A stretch of DNA of 64,000 bases from Selaginella moellendorffii (Eukaryota; Plantae; Lycopodiophyta): the NCBI RefSeq assembly GCF_000143415.4, contig NW_003314412.1, positions 1-64,000 on the forward strand, in the 5' to 3' direction. A program made the position numbers and the translations under genes. Below are positions 63,170-64,000 of this stretch, piece by piece. The number at the start of each line of letters is the position of its first letter. The first letter of the stretch is position 1. The notes below the pieces were generated by a model. The model was not told the DNA's origin. It searched no databases and saw nothing but the letters and a program-made list of their open reading frames with translations.

Positions 63170-64000
63170 ATGGAGACCACGTGTTTTGGCAACAGTCGGC
63201 ATGCAACTATGGTGGAATTCACTGCGATCTCGCCTCTTTCGAGGACTCTCAGCAAGTTCAGCAAGCCCGGGATTGTTACAGTGACGACGATCATTGTTAC
63301 GCTCTTCTTTGTTATAGAGCAGGTGGGCTTCTCAATTTCTACGTGTTAATTGGCTGCTTGCAATTGAATTGAAGGCTGTGAACTGGAACTATTGGACCTG
63401 GACCTTGAGCAGTCAAAACTCTGCTTCTGCTTCAGATTCTTCAGGCTCTTTCTTCAGGCTGCAGAAGAGCGACCAGGAGGAGCTCCAGAGATGTCTATCC
63501 CCAAATTCGGAAGCTCAGTGTCCTTCGTACTTCTCCTGGATCGAGAATGATCTCGCACCTTGGAAAGAAACAGGGATTTCCCAACAAAACCTCCAAGATG
63601 CTCGATCCAAAGCTGATTTCCGTGTAGTAATAGTCAACGGGACTCTCTACATGGAGCGTTACAATAAGTGCTTCGAAACCCGGGATGATTTCACGCTGTG
63701 GGGCTTGCTAATGCTGCTGGAAGAGTATCCAGGGATGGTTCCTGATGTTGACTTGATGTTCAACTGCGGAGATTGGCCACTCGTGTTCAGAGCGGAGCAC
63801 AAGCCTGAGAAGAATGGATCCTGGCCCCCTCCGCCTCTATTCCTTTATTGCACCAGCAGAGGTGAGCACTACGACATTGTGTTTCCAGATTGGTCCTATT
63901 GGGGATGGTGAGTACTACGAGGATGGTCATTTCGGAACTGAACATGGCATTCTGGTGTACAGGCCAGAGGTCAATATCCTTCCCTGGAGTTTGGAAAAGG
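63170..64000 (+). CDS. Glycosyltransferase family 90 (CAP10 domain, protein O-glucosyltransferase-like); continues beyond the window
   Basis: Exons 63170-63322 (TM anchor), 63375-63907, 63963-64000. Motifs CPSYFSWI..DL.PW; YPGMVPDVDLMFNCGDWP; DIVFPDWSYWGW|PEVNILPW. Confidence 0.9.

Overview
Repeat-dense plant genomic DNA. The ~45-55 nt introns, a TatI-type Ty3/gypsy element and TTTAGGG repeats suggest a lycophyte such as Selaginella (inference). Most of the window is nested, decayed LTR retrotransposons. The only host gene is a GT90/CAP10 glycosyltransferase at the right edge. The main object is a young 12.1-kb Sola-like DNA transposon (16197-28288) with 24-bp TIRs and a 4-bp TSD, supported by an empty paralogous site. 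It encodes an intact DDD transposase. Head-to-head with that is an 11-exon, ~1650-aa cargo gene that fuses a ParB/Srx-like domain, a degenerate DNA amino-methyltransferase fold and an FCP1/NIF-type HAD phosphatase. The element carries ~20 copies of one 22-bp palindrome, mostly in introns and intergenic DNA. A second, decayed element next to it has an unrelated transposase-like Zn finger, but again a ParB + MTase-fold gene and its own, different palindrome array. Other notable items: a chromovirus family with two spliceosomal introns inside integrase, retained in two copies; a Cassandra-like 5S-bearing solo LTR; a 409-bp fold-back; and several inversions. All domain calls are by eye from motifs; no searches were run.
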